From the NCBI GenBank assembly GCA_051294375.1, contig JBJCIZ010000744.1:920262-984261 (forward strand): a stretch of DNA of 64,000 bases, in the 5' to 3' direction. Positions 53,160-64,000 of this stretch are shown here, in pieces. The notes beneath the pieces are model-generated. The model was not told where the DNA came from. It searched no databases and saw only the letters and a program-made list of their open reading frames with translations. Both the position numbers and the translations under genes were made by a program. Each line of letters opens with the position of its first letter. The stretch's first letter is position 1. This stretch comes from Paraspadella gotoi (taxonomy: Eukaryota > Animalia > Chaetognatha).

Positions 53160-55338
53160 TTATCCAAAACAATCGATGATCTTCGGCTTCTTCCTCTCGA
53201 CGCAAGGAGCGGCGAGTCTCAAGTCTTCGACGACGTCGCACTCGTCGACGGAGATTTGTTCGTAGCGAAGATGCGTCGCGTTGAGGACCAATAGGCGACC
53301 GAAGCCGTGATCACGTGATCTGAAGGCGGACCAATCCCTGAGCGAGTCGCCCTCGATCCGGAACGGGTCGGACGGCCACCGAGTTCCCCCGACGGCTGTT
53401 GACCACGTGCGTCGTGGCCGCGGGATCCTCGTACGAACGGAACGTAACGTTCTCCCTTTTCTACGCGCGCGGCGATTTCCTCGTACGGGGTACGTGCGTT
53501 CGTAGAGATGCACGTCGCCCCAGATTGCGAGGTGGACGCCGAACTCGGTCAGGACGGGCTCGATCGCTCGTCGCACGGGATTAATAGCCAATTGATCCTT
53601 CGCATAAAAACTTGAGAGATAATTCGCTGGTCGAGTGACAGTAGGGCGTCACGTGACCGAGTAAAACGATCCACGGCGACGGGTCCCTGGCCACGGCGGC
53701 GCTGAGATCCCGACGCAGCCACTCCACGCCCTCCGCCACTTCCGCGTCGCCGCCAAAGTCTCCGAAGAAGCTCGCGGTGTTGACGAAGACGACGTGAAGA
53801 TTTCGCCCAAAATCGAGCGAGTACCGCGGTCGGAAAAGCTCGTCCGGCCAGACGCCCGACTCGATGCCCGGATTGCGGAATCTCCAGGCGTATTGGTAGT
53901 AAGGGCCACGCGGGTCGCGGCCCTTCTCGTGATTTTCCCCGGAACGGTCATAAAGGGACGAGGGAGGCGACCGGCTCCATCTCACGTTTGAAGACGTCGG
54001 CTTTGATCGTGGGGCGTCGATGATGTCGTCCAAGTCGTAGGCGAAGTCTCCACTTCGAGAGAATCGCGTCGTAGTGAACAGATGTCGCTTCCTTCGCCAG
54101 CCAACTGAGGAGGGGAAAAGATAGAGGGGGAAGGGGGGGGACGATAATAAGGCATCCGGAGTTGAATATCCCTCTGGAGGCTTTTGGGAAAACGAAGAGA
54201 AAGAAAAGGGAAAAAATAAAAGTTCGTTTTCTTTACAGAAAAAAAATTTAAGACGAAACAACAATGATATAAAAACGTTGACAAGCTTCACGTGGCGAAG
54301 GATTTCTTCTTTTTATAAAATATTAGTATTTATATGTATTTCTTTTTTTTTTCGTTCCTTTGATTGATATTTATAAAGTAACAGAGTTTTTATTTGTGAA
54401 TTACCACAATTCAAGTAATTCAGGACATTTCGGTTTGTTCTTTGACAATCAATCATCAGCCAGTTTTGATTAGTTTTGAAAAAATATTGTGGATACTACT
54501 TAAAGAGAGAGAGAGGGGCAATTTTAATTTGATATCCTCTCTCTTGATTATTAAATGATCGTTGTTGAATCATAAATAAAAACCTGTAAATTGATAATAT
54601 ATTATTAATAGTATTTTTTATGAATTGTTTAATATTAAAATATTTTTTGGAAATTTTTACATTATTGTATACTTAAGGCTGAACTTAATTTTAAATTTAA
54701 CCTATTTACCCTAACCTTACGACCCTCACCTAACTTACGCCTAACCTACTATTTAACCCTAACTTATTTTTCTAGTTACACTTCTTAATTTTTCTTAACC
54801 AATAAATTTATCGTGAACTAATTTTTTACCCAAATATATAACAAAATAAACAAATACAATTAAAAAATATGAATTATTTTCTTTAAATTTTTTTTCGAGA
54901 ATTATCCTTCTTCCGTTACGTATCGTTTCATTTCTATTTCCTTCCGTTACCTTCTTTAATTTTTTACGTTTATTTTGTGCAGAACATGTTTCGGCTTTAC
55001 AATTTCGAGCCTATCACAGCGCTTGACCATTTGTGAATTGAAATAAAAAAAACAAAGTCCAAACCAAATCAACACTCCCTCTGAATCTTCCCTCCCTCCC
55101 GCGCCAGCCCAATCCGCAAATAACAAAAAATACGCCCATTCGACGTCATTTGGCGGCGCCGCCCGAAACCAAAATCGCGCCACGCGTCGCCGTTGACGAG
55201 ACGATAAGCGTAGTCGGCGCCGGGGCAATCCCGTAACGTTGACCGCAGTGGAGTCAAATAGAGCGAACAGTCGTTGGGGCGCGGGAGGAAAGCGTGCAGG
55301 ACGAGGGGAAAGTCACGTTGGGAAATGTCGCGCTCAGC
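53160..55338 (-). CDS. ACP7: Purple acid phosphatase (ACP7/PAPL-like), copy 1: catalytic exon 53160-54104 and partial N-terminal exon ~55080-55338, with a few frameshifts
   Basis: Motifs FADWG, YDAIL..GDFAYDL, PG(N)HE, YSLDFG.LH, WLRRDL, PWIVLLGH.PYC, IWGDVHLYER.YP and GFGRL..LNATHL. Acceptor CCTCAG at 54105-54107. Confidence 0.85.
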
Positions 55339-55363
55339 NNNNNNNNNNNNNNNNNNNNNNNNN

Positions 55364-55373
55364 ATTTGGGAGT

Positions 55374-55428
<55 letters not shown>

Positions 55429-58400
55429 GAGAGAGAGAGAGAGAGAGAGATATCGTAAAACCTCATTGGAGGTGCAGTTCGAATTAATTCGCGTCCCACA
55501 AATTCCTTTATTTTCGATATTTTCTGCGAGAAAAAAAACTTGAACGAAAAGTTGACAATGAATTTCAGCGGCATTAGGACGATTACATATTAGACTATTA
55601 GTATTGAGCATGCACGCCAATACTAATAATGCTCAATGAGCACTTCGTATCTCGTATCTCTCGCTCTCTTCACTCTCCCAGCAACTTGTCCAAACGAAGT
55701 CCATTATTCCATCGCATGACCTCATTGCATCAAACAAATGGGACCATCTACTTTTATCCTCACCTTTGGACGTCTAGTTTCCAATCAGTGTCCGTTTCGC
55801 GAAAGATCTCGACGACGGTTCGCGCCAGGGATTCCGCGCCCGACGACGACGACGACGACGCGGAGATCGATGAGTTTGAGTCGGAAGATGATTTCGGCGA
55901 AGTCGACGGACGTTTGGGGCGGACGATGGATGGAGAAGACCCTGGGATTCGTATGGATATAGAAAAAAAATAGTAAGTGAAATGCCTATTACAGGATTAA
56001 CGTTTTATAATATCTATTTAAAATTTAAGGAGATACAAAAACAACAAGTTATATCAACGATATTGAAGAAATATGGATTTTAAAATTGAAAAAGCAGCAA
56101 CTAAAATATAATTTGACCTCACCTTAACGACGGGCGACTGTGAGTCCGTCCGCGACTCAAAGGCGGATGCACTTTTATCTCGCCTCCAAATCTTCGTCTT
56201 CGTCAAGGTCGTCGTTGCGTCGCCGCCCAAGATCCGGGCCGGAGGGAAGCCAACCACGAGTTGGAGGACGGTGGGGGATGACGGGGGTCGGCAAGGCGGT
56301 GTCGGGGGACCACAAGGACGGCGCCGGATGGCAGCCGGAGGTGGAGGGGTGGTGTAGGAGAGGGATGTGAGAGATCGGTGTAAGCGTTGGCGCGGTGGTA
56401 GAAGAGGGCGGGGGGGTATACGGCGATGGCAGCGCCACGGCCTTTTGGCAGCGCCACGGCCTTTGGCGGCGCCACGGCCTTTGGCGGCCCATTGCCTTTG
56501 GCGGCGCCATCGGCCCTTGGCGGCGCCGCGGCCTTTGGCGGCGCCGCGGCCTTTGGCGATGGCACGGGCGATGGCACGCCGATGGCGGCGACTTCGCCAT
56601 GGTTGGCGTATTGGCCGCAGGGGGGAAGGGTTAGAATATGAGTCAATTGACATCGGAAGGGATTGGATCATTTCGTACACTTTAGGGACGAAGTCTCTCG
56701 ACCTCGAAGTGGATCGACAGTCCAAGGATAGAACTTGGTTGGACGAAGCTTTGGAGAAGATTGATTTTGAAGAGAATGAGGAATGTGAATCGTCGTCTTT
56801 CTCACGAGAAGATGATCTCTTATGTGAAGAAGTTTTATGGTCGGTAAAATTTATGGACAGTTGCTTGACTCGAACATTTATCCGGCGCTCTATTTCTTGG
56901 GAGAGAGAGTCTTCAGAGGAAAGAGTTGAATCTTTTCTCTTCTTTCTTCGCCATCGGATCGAATTAGAGGAATACTTGGTTAAAGATCGGGGCTCGGTGA
57001 CTTACTCGGCGATTTATCAATGGAAAGGGAGCCGGCACCTAGAGGGGGAGAGGAGATTTACTTGTATTCTTTGAAGATAATTTATCACAGGTTGGATCAT
57101 CATCCCCAAACTGTCATGTTTCCTTTTCTTTTTAGCCGGTATCTGTGCTGGGTATGTCCACCGGTTTCTTTTCTTTGAGATAGATGTTTTTGGCAACTGG
57201 TGACAGTTTACTTTCTTCATTTATGAAGTTACTTTTTTGTCCACTTTTATGTATTATTTGGATATTGTCGAAAATGGGAGAGTCTCTCGATGCTCGATTT
57301 CTTGAAGAGCTTGATAAATTTTATCATCGGCAGGACACACATCTCAACTGATTCAATTTCTTTTTGGGATTTGTTGGGCGTTCACTGGGCTGTTTGATTT
57401 ATATCGTTGATTGCTTCATCGAGATTGAGCTACAGGATCCAACATTATCCCTAATTTTGCTATCAAAAATCAAATAGCTCCCTTTCAGGGGTAGGAGATC
57501 TATTCCAAGCCTGATTTCTAGATTTCTTATTTGCTGGAGCAGGAATCAATAGGCAACGATTCCTTTCCTTTTACCATCAAAATGAAATTTGTGCGTTTTG
57601 TGTTTATCTGGACTTGGTGATTTATTTCCGATGCTCTGTTTCTTGATTTCTTAACTGATCATTAAGCTAACTATTTCTCTATCAGATGATGCAGCGCATA
57701 ACTGTGGAAGGTCCGGATGAACTGCGAAGACAATTTTTCTGTTTGTATTGTGGATCCATGAGTCACTTCTTTCTTTTTTTAGTATCAAAGATGTGGCTGT
57801 GTGATTCTGGTGTATCATCTGGACTGGGTGATTTGTTTCCAAGCTTATTCCTTGAAACAAAAGTAGAGAGGCAAATTTTATGCGAGGGGTTATGATTCGC
57901 TTCTTCATTATAATAGTAAGTTGGATGGACGTCCTTAGTATATTTCTGAGCTGGGTGAGTTGTCCATGCTCTATTTCTGGAGTTGGAACAGGAGAAAGAT
58001 TTTTAGCAAAATTCATTACCCATGAGCCTTTGACATCAGATTGTGCATAATCGGTTTAACTGAGGGAAGTGTGGGCTGGGTGATTATTTCCACTCTCTAT
58101 TTCGTGAAATTTTTTGAGTTGAAACTGTGAACCAAAACACTATCACTATTCTTCCTTTTATGAACTGCATGTAACTGTAGAAACTTGGAATCATCTTTCA
58201 GGTGTGGTGATTTATTCCAAGCTCTATTTCCTGAGCTAGAAGTAACTTTTGGGGCAAGATTGTGATCCATGAAATTTCAGCACATTTCTTTTTATGATCA
58301 GCATCTGTCTGTGAGACTTTTTAGAGATCTTCTGGACTTGGTGATCTATTCCATGCTCGATTCCTGGAAACGGAGCTAGAATATTTTTTGGCCGGAATTG

Positions 58401-61270
58401 TAATCCATCTTCGGGAGCAATCACCGTGGAATCATCCGGCTTGGCGACTTATTCCAGACTTTATTCCTCGAAAATTTTTTTACCTCATTTGTGATCCATA
58501 AGAGTATCATTAACTTTCTTTTACGATCATCATGTGTCTGGTGGAACTCTACATCATCATTATCAGGACTGGGCGATTTATTCCATGCTCTATTCCTTTC
58601 TCGGTGACTGATGTTAAAGAGAATTTTCCCCGTGAGTTCCCAAATTCCCGCTCTCCCTCTGCCCTTCTAAAGAGAAAGGCCCAGGAAAAGCCCTTGAGAA
58701 CGAAGCGCCGGTTGACGATCCCATTGAGCCAACGGGAGAATCCTCCAAAGATTTTCTTCTTCAGATCTTTCCAAGGCCTCCTCTCGTCGTCGTCTGGGAC
58801 GACGGCGAGGACGAATTTTCATTGCTCATTATTCGACAATGTCGATAAATCTTAGTGAAGCATAGATCACTCACATACACATGTAGTCATATACTTGTCA
58901 ATATTATTCTGTCACGAAATTCTAAAAAAAGAAAAAAAAAATTAAGGGTATAAATGAAAAATACGCTAATAATAGACGAATTACAGCGAGACGCAATAAA
59001 ATAATAAATGCAAATGACAGCGCAAGTCGTCTGAAGTCCATACTCGCCACTGCTTTGCATGTAGAGCGGCTACTTTACAGGCCACAAGAACAAGTGAGGC
59101 TAAAGTTATGGCCAAGGCCAAAGCATTGACGTTGCGACCTACAAACCATAATGTGGCGGCATTGATTTACGATCTATCTATCGATCTGTTTAAACTCGTA
59201 TTTCTCACTTGCTAGGGCGAGCTCGTTTACACAACTAATTCAAAAGCATCAGAGACTAAAGACAAGGCAGAGCGAAATACGATAACCATAATATACTTTG
59301 GCCAGGTTGACCGGAAGGCCAATACAATTTCCTACCACTAAATCAAAAGAAAGCTTTCAAGTTATTTAATGTTCATTAACCAAAAATATTAAAACTACAA
59401 ATACGACGTCAACATTCTCCAAGCTCCACCCTCTCTCTTCATCCGAACCTGCAATCTCGGACTGCATCTTCGACTTGGACGACAGGCGGGCGGCGACGAC
59501 GAAGGCATTGGGAGTGATTGAGGGCGGGGATGTTACGTCAATAAGCGACAACATCTTCCATCGCGCGGCTGCGGCGTTTCCAGCCTCCGCCTTTGACATT
59601 TTCCTTGTTAGAGATCGCATCCAGATTCCACGATATTTGCGCAGACTTTGAATTATTGCACGTAGTTTGGTTATTGTGTGACCTTTTGCACATCGAAAAA
59701 TGCTTTCAGTGATCGCAGGTGCGCCTTTCACCTTGAGATCGCAAGCTCCCTCCGTTGTCCAGGCCGCAAACCGTTCGATGTTCTCGGACTATGTAAACTT
59801 TCCCCTTGACTGCGTTTCTCCGAAGAGAGAGAGAGAGAGAGAGAAGAGGTTTGGCATCCGAGAATCAGGTGGGCGTGACATAATTATTGGTGCCATGATT
59901 CAGATTGTATGATTTCCACATCCAACAAAACGGATAAATCGTGTAAGAGAAAGTTGTTTTTTGAATGTCGGTGAAACTGTCGCAAAGATCATACAGTATC
60001 CAGTATTAACGGTAAAAGTAGCTCAAAAGCTCATCATACAGAAGATAAAATCTGAATTTGATGTCAAAAATAAAAAGGTTATTTCGTTTCCTCCACATTT
60101 TTTTTTTTTGTTAAGAGTTTTCAGGATTAGGTTGAATGCCCGTTTTTAGTATTAAGCGAATGCCTATTCAGGATTAAAGCTGAATCCTTTCAAAGATTAG
60201 GCTATGTCGCCCGAAAGAGACTTTCCACCCCACTACCGCCCGTCGTCCGCTTTCACCACACCCCACCCGTCCCTCCTTTCCTCCTAATTATCCAAAACCA
60301 ATCGATGATCTTCGGCTTCTTCCTCTCGACGCAAGGAGCGGCGAGTCTCAAGTCTTCGACGACGTCGCACTTTCGTCGACGGAGATTTGTTCGTAGCGAA
60401 GATGCGTCGCGTTGAGGACCAATAGGCGACCGAAGCCGTGATCACGTGATCTGAAGGCGGACCAATCCTGAGCGAGTCCGCCCTCGATCCGGAACGGGTC
60501 GGACGGCCACCGATTCCCCCGACGGCGTTGACCACGTGCGTCGTGGCCGCGGGATCCTCGTACGAACGGACGTCACGTTCTCCCCTTTTCTACGCGCGCG
60601 GCGATTTCCTCGTACGGGGTACGTGCGTTCGTAGAGATGCACGTCGCCCCAGATTGCGAGTGACGCCGAACTCGGTCAGGACGGGCTCGATCGCTCGTCG
60701 ACGGGATTAATAGGCCAATTGATCCTTCGCATAAAAACTTGAGAGATAATTCGCTGGTCGAGTGACAGTAGGGCGTCACGTGACCGAGTAAAACGTCCAC
60801 GGCGACGGGTCCCTGGCCACGGCGGCGCTGAGATCCCGACGCAGCCACTCCACGCCCTCCGCCACTCCGCGTCGCCGCCAAAGTCTCCGAAGAAGCTCGC
60901 GGTGTTGACGAAGACGACGTGAAGATTCCGCCCAAATCGAGCGAGTACCGCGGTCGAAAAGCTCGTCCGGCCAGACGCCCGACTCGATGCCCGGATTGCG
61001 GAATCTCCAGGCGTATTGGTAGTAAGGGCCACGCGGGTCGCGGCCCTTCTCGTGGATTTCCCCCGGAACGGTCATGAAGGGGACGAGGGAGGCGACCGGC
61101 TCCATCTCTCGTTTGAAGACGTCGGCTTTGATCGTGAGGCGTCGATGATGTCGTCCAAGTCGTAGGCGAGTCTCCACTCGAGAGAATCGCGTCGTAGTGA
61201 ACAGATGTCGCTTCCTTCGCCAGCCAACTGAGGAGGGGAAAAGGAGAGGGGGAAGGGGGGGCGAATAATA
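55364..61270 (+). repeat. Noisy direct duplicate of 48327-54150
   Basis: Colinear throughout with dense 1-bp indels. Begins right after the 25-N gap at 55339-55363 and spans the 10-N gap at 49014-49023 with essentially no extra sequence. Confidence 0.95.
56120..58830 (-). pseudogene. Frameshifted second copy of the SRNRAWNKSPSP-repeat exon
   Basis: Colinear with 49081-51723. The frames are broken by indels, probably read errors. Confidence 0.75.
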
Positions 61271-62844
61271 ATAAGAATTCTAATTCTAATAATTCTAACA
61301 GTGGCAACTTACATATATTGTACGTATATGTGCAATTGTGCATGTACATATATAGCTTGTATTTATCATTGACTTGATGAAATAAACCACAAGTTATTCT
61401 ACTACATATTACATAATAACATGTTATGGCGGACTAAAATCCACCAACCGTTCATCAGCGGCCATTGATGCCAGAGGCAAGTTTTTCGCCTCCTAACTCA
61501 AAGGTCCTGGGTTCTAGCCCGGTGGTCGCCTCGCAGTTAAGAGGGACGGGTCGCTTAACTCGCCTGTAACACGGTGTTACAGCCTGATCCTAAGCTCAGG
61601 GACTGCTTATATTGAACGGTTCTATCACTAACACATAATAATAATTACTGTCTCTTTAATGTACAGGCCAACGCCAAGGAGAAAAACCGGCGAGAAACTC
61701 GACTTTTGAAATGGGAGAAATGTGCCTTTTATCAATCATAATTATTACATAATATACTGTTAAGTTTAAAAATCTAAAATAACTTCGACGATATTCACTT
61801 TATGAGATAATTTGCATATTGTAGTTTTTTAGTCGGATCTGCTTACAGCAGATCCCAAGTCTATAATCCAGTTTGTAGGTCCGTCGGTCCGCCCCATCAA
61901 TCTTGTCGGGCACTCACTTATACCATGTCAGAACATCGAATTATGATAAATTATGCACAAAAAAATTGTTTTGTAAATAAATATAAATAAATGAGTATAG
62001 CAATAACAATTTAAAAGACCTCAAGGATGAGAAGCCCTATCTAAATTTTCAGCTTCCTATGGTTACACACGAGCTATTTTATATGTTAAAACAGTGTGAT
62101 AATAACGACGACTATGGTCACAAAAAAGCAAAGCAAATTAACATCTCACCCAAGTCGGGCTTTCGCCCGTCTGGCGAGATAAAAAAGTTATAACCTTAAG
62201 AAATTGTGTTCTTAATTTGAAAAGCCTAAAAGCTTGCTTGAATTGAAATGATAGTAAAATGGTTTATATCAAAACACAATAAAATCAAACCAAATCAACA
62301 CTCGCCTCTGAATCTTCCCTCCCTCCCGCGCCAGCCCCAAATCAGCAAATAACAAAAAGCTACGCCCATCGACGTCATTTGGCGGCGCCGCCCGAAACCA
62401 AAAATCGCGCCACGCGTCGCCGTTGACGAGACGATAAGCGTAGTCGGCGCCGGGCGTCAATCCGTACGTGACCGCATGGAGTATAATAAAGCGACAGTCG
62501 TTGGGGCGCGGGAGGAAAGCGTGCAGGAAGAAGGGAAAGTGACGTTGGGAAATGGTCGCGGTCCAGCCGCGTCGTCCAACGATTTCGGTCCGCGAATCTC
62601 AAGGTAATATCGTTGCCCGCTCGTCGAACGTCACCCAGGACACGCCCATTTCCTTTGGACGGCCATAAAACGTGAGGGACGCTTGCTGCGGCTGGAAAGA
62701 GCCACGGATGAGCGGCTGGAGGCGGCGGCCAGCAGCGGGCGACGTTGGGGCCGACAAAGCAGCCGCCAAAATCGTTAGAAATAGATCGGACAACCAGGAG
62801 AAGGGGAAATCAACCGCGCGGAAAATGGTCATGGAATTTGTCAA
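60287..62844 (-). CDS. ACP7: Purple acid phosphatase (ACP7-like), copy 2: exon 1 ~62306-62844, exon 2 ~60287-61227, frameshifted
   Basis: Hydrophobic leader LFLTILAAALSA. PAP N-terminal signature QPQQASL.FYG.PKEMGVSWVT. Also PGADYAYRL and FADLG, plus the same catalytic motifs as copy 1. Confidence 0.8.
61425..61657 (+). mobile_element. Interspersed repeat containing a tRNA-like segment (SINE-like), inside the ACP7 intron
   Basis: Homologous to 3842-4014 (reverse complement). Has an extra ~60-nt segment with a B-box-like GGTTCTAGCCC at ~61510-61520. Confidence 0.6.
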
Positions 62845-63341
62845 GGGGGAATAACTGGAGCGGTAGAGGAAGAGGCAGAAGAAAAACCAGGATCAAGACA
62901 AAGTCAAACATCTGAACCCGTGACGGGATTTGATAACGATCCCGCCAAATCTCATTCGGTCCTTTATCAAAAACGTTTCAATAGGAGATCCTTGGATCAT
63001 CTGAGATTTATATCGCATGACAGATTTACTTGTATTAAAATTTAGATATAGCTTCTCATCATCAAAATCTTTTATATATTTCATGTTTTCATATGGATTT
63101 AAATATTCTTTGTATAAATTTCTTCAATATTATGACTTTCTGAAATATGCAAATTAGATATATTAAACTATATAATAATTTGCATATTGCAGTAAGTACT
63201 ATATTCTAATTTGCATATTGCAGTATATCATAATGAGAAGGAAATTCAAAAAAAAATACTTAAATCTATATGAGACATGTAATTTTAAAGATCTTAAAGA
63301 TGAGAAAACATAACTTAATTTTTCACTTACTATGATAACAC
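62009..63341 (+). repeat. Two diverged copies of an AT-rich dispersed repeat flanking ACP7 exon 1 (cores 62009-62068 and 63281-63341)
   Basis: aatttaaaagacctcaaggatgagaa...ctatggttacac versus aattttaaagatcttaaagatgagaa...ctatgataacac. Both are preceded by taatttgcatattg motifs. Confidence 0.55.
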
Positions 63342-63497
63342 ATTTTTTTAACATTAATGTAATTCATAGTAGTTTTTATAATAAAAAAAATTGTAAACCG
63401 TAATAACCCTATATAAACCGTAGTAGTTTTATATAAAATTAAAGTATCTACTCATATATTACTATAAAAAATAAATAAAAATCCGGAAAAAAAAAGA

Positions 63498-63610
63498 ATG
63501 ATTGATGTAATAGTAATTATTGATTAATATTAATTAATGATTGATAATAGTAATTGATTTATTGATGTAATAGTAATTGATTTGATTGTGTAATAGTAAT
63601 GATTGTTGAT
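63498..63610. repeat. Degenerate AT-rich tandem repeat (attgatgtaatagtaatt-like)
   Basis: Direct reading, about 4-5 imperfect units. Confidence 0.65.
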
Positions 63611-64000
63611 ATACTTAGAGCCAAATTTAGCAAAAGGGTGGGTCAGAAGTTTGCATTTGGGAACCTTCCCAAATAAAACTTCTTCTGAGAAAACTTTCAA
63701 TGGACCACAAATTTTTAAAAATGGCTAGAAGCACTAATAATTAATTTTTTTTGAAATTTTATATTTTTAAAGGCAGATTCAGATAGCTTATGAAAGTTGT
63801 CTACACAAAGTATAATTTCTTTTTCAATATTTTGATGATAAGTGGGTTAAAATTGGTAAAAACCTTAAAAAATCATCATCATCATCAAGATGATGATTTT
63901 AAACAGTTTTTATAAATTTTTAGTAAAATTCTTAAAAAGAGTTTGTATCGTATATCTTTTTTTGCACTTAAGCATTTTCTAGCTTCTATCAGAAATCAAT

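Noticed and set aside
54695-54765. Telomeric (TTAGG)n array
   Set aside because: Only short degenerate cctaa units inside an intron. At most a weak hint of an arthropod host.
61459-61530. Functional tRNA gene
   Set aside because: The cloverleaf and B box are imperfect and the segment is embedded in a dispersed repeat. Treated as tRNA-derived.

Overview
Eukaryotic, probably arthropod-like genomic DNA from a gapped, only partly polished long-read or hybrid assembly. It shows GT-AG introns, (GA)n microsatellites, degenerate CCTAA tracts, and 10-N and 25-N gaps. About 36 kb (4230-40105) is an inverted duplication whose arms are base-identical over most of their length, including indel noise. It is most likely one long read placed twice by gap-filling. 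Each arm carries a full-length ~13.1 kb Ty3/Gypsy LTR retrotransposon (LTR-PBS-gag-PR-RT-RNaseH-IN-GPY/F, then ~4.8 kb of unexplained sequence, then LTR), a 2.4 kb piece of host gene cluster and a 2.1 kb second insertion. Outside it lies a compact cluster of spliced, CpG-rich genes that I could not identify, all on the minus strand. It includes a ~880-codon exon with nine SRNRAWNKSPSP repeats and a two-exon purple acid phosphatase (ACP7-like) whose GHxH motif reads GDVH. 48327-54150 recurs as a noisy direct copy at 55364-61270. No prokaryotic genes, CRISPR arrays or rRNA were seen. All protein calls come from motifs read by eye, not database searches.
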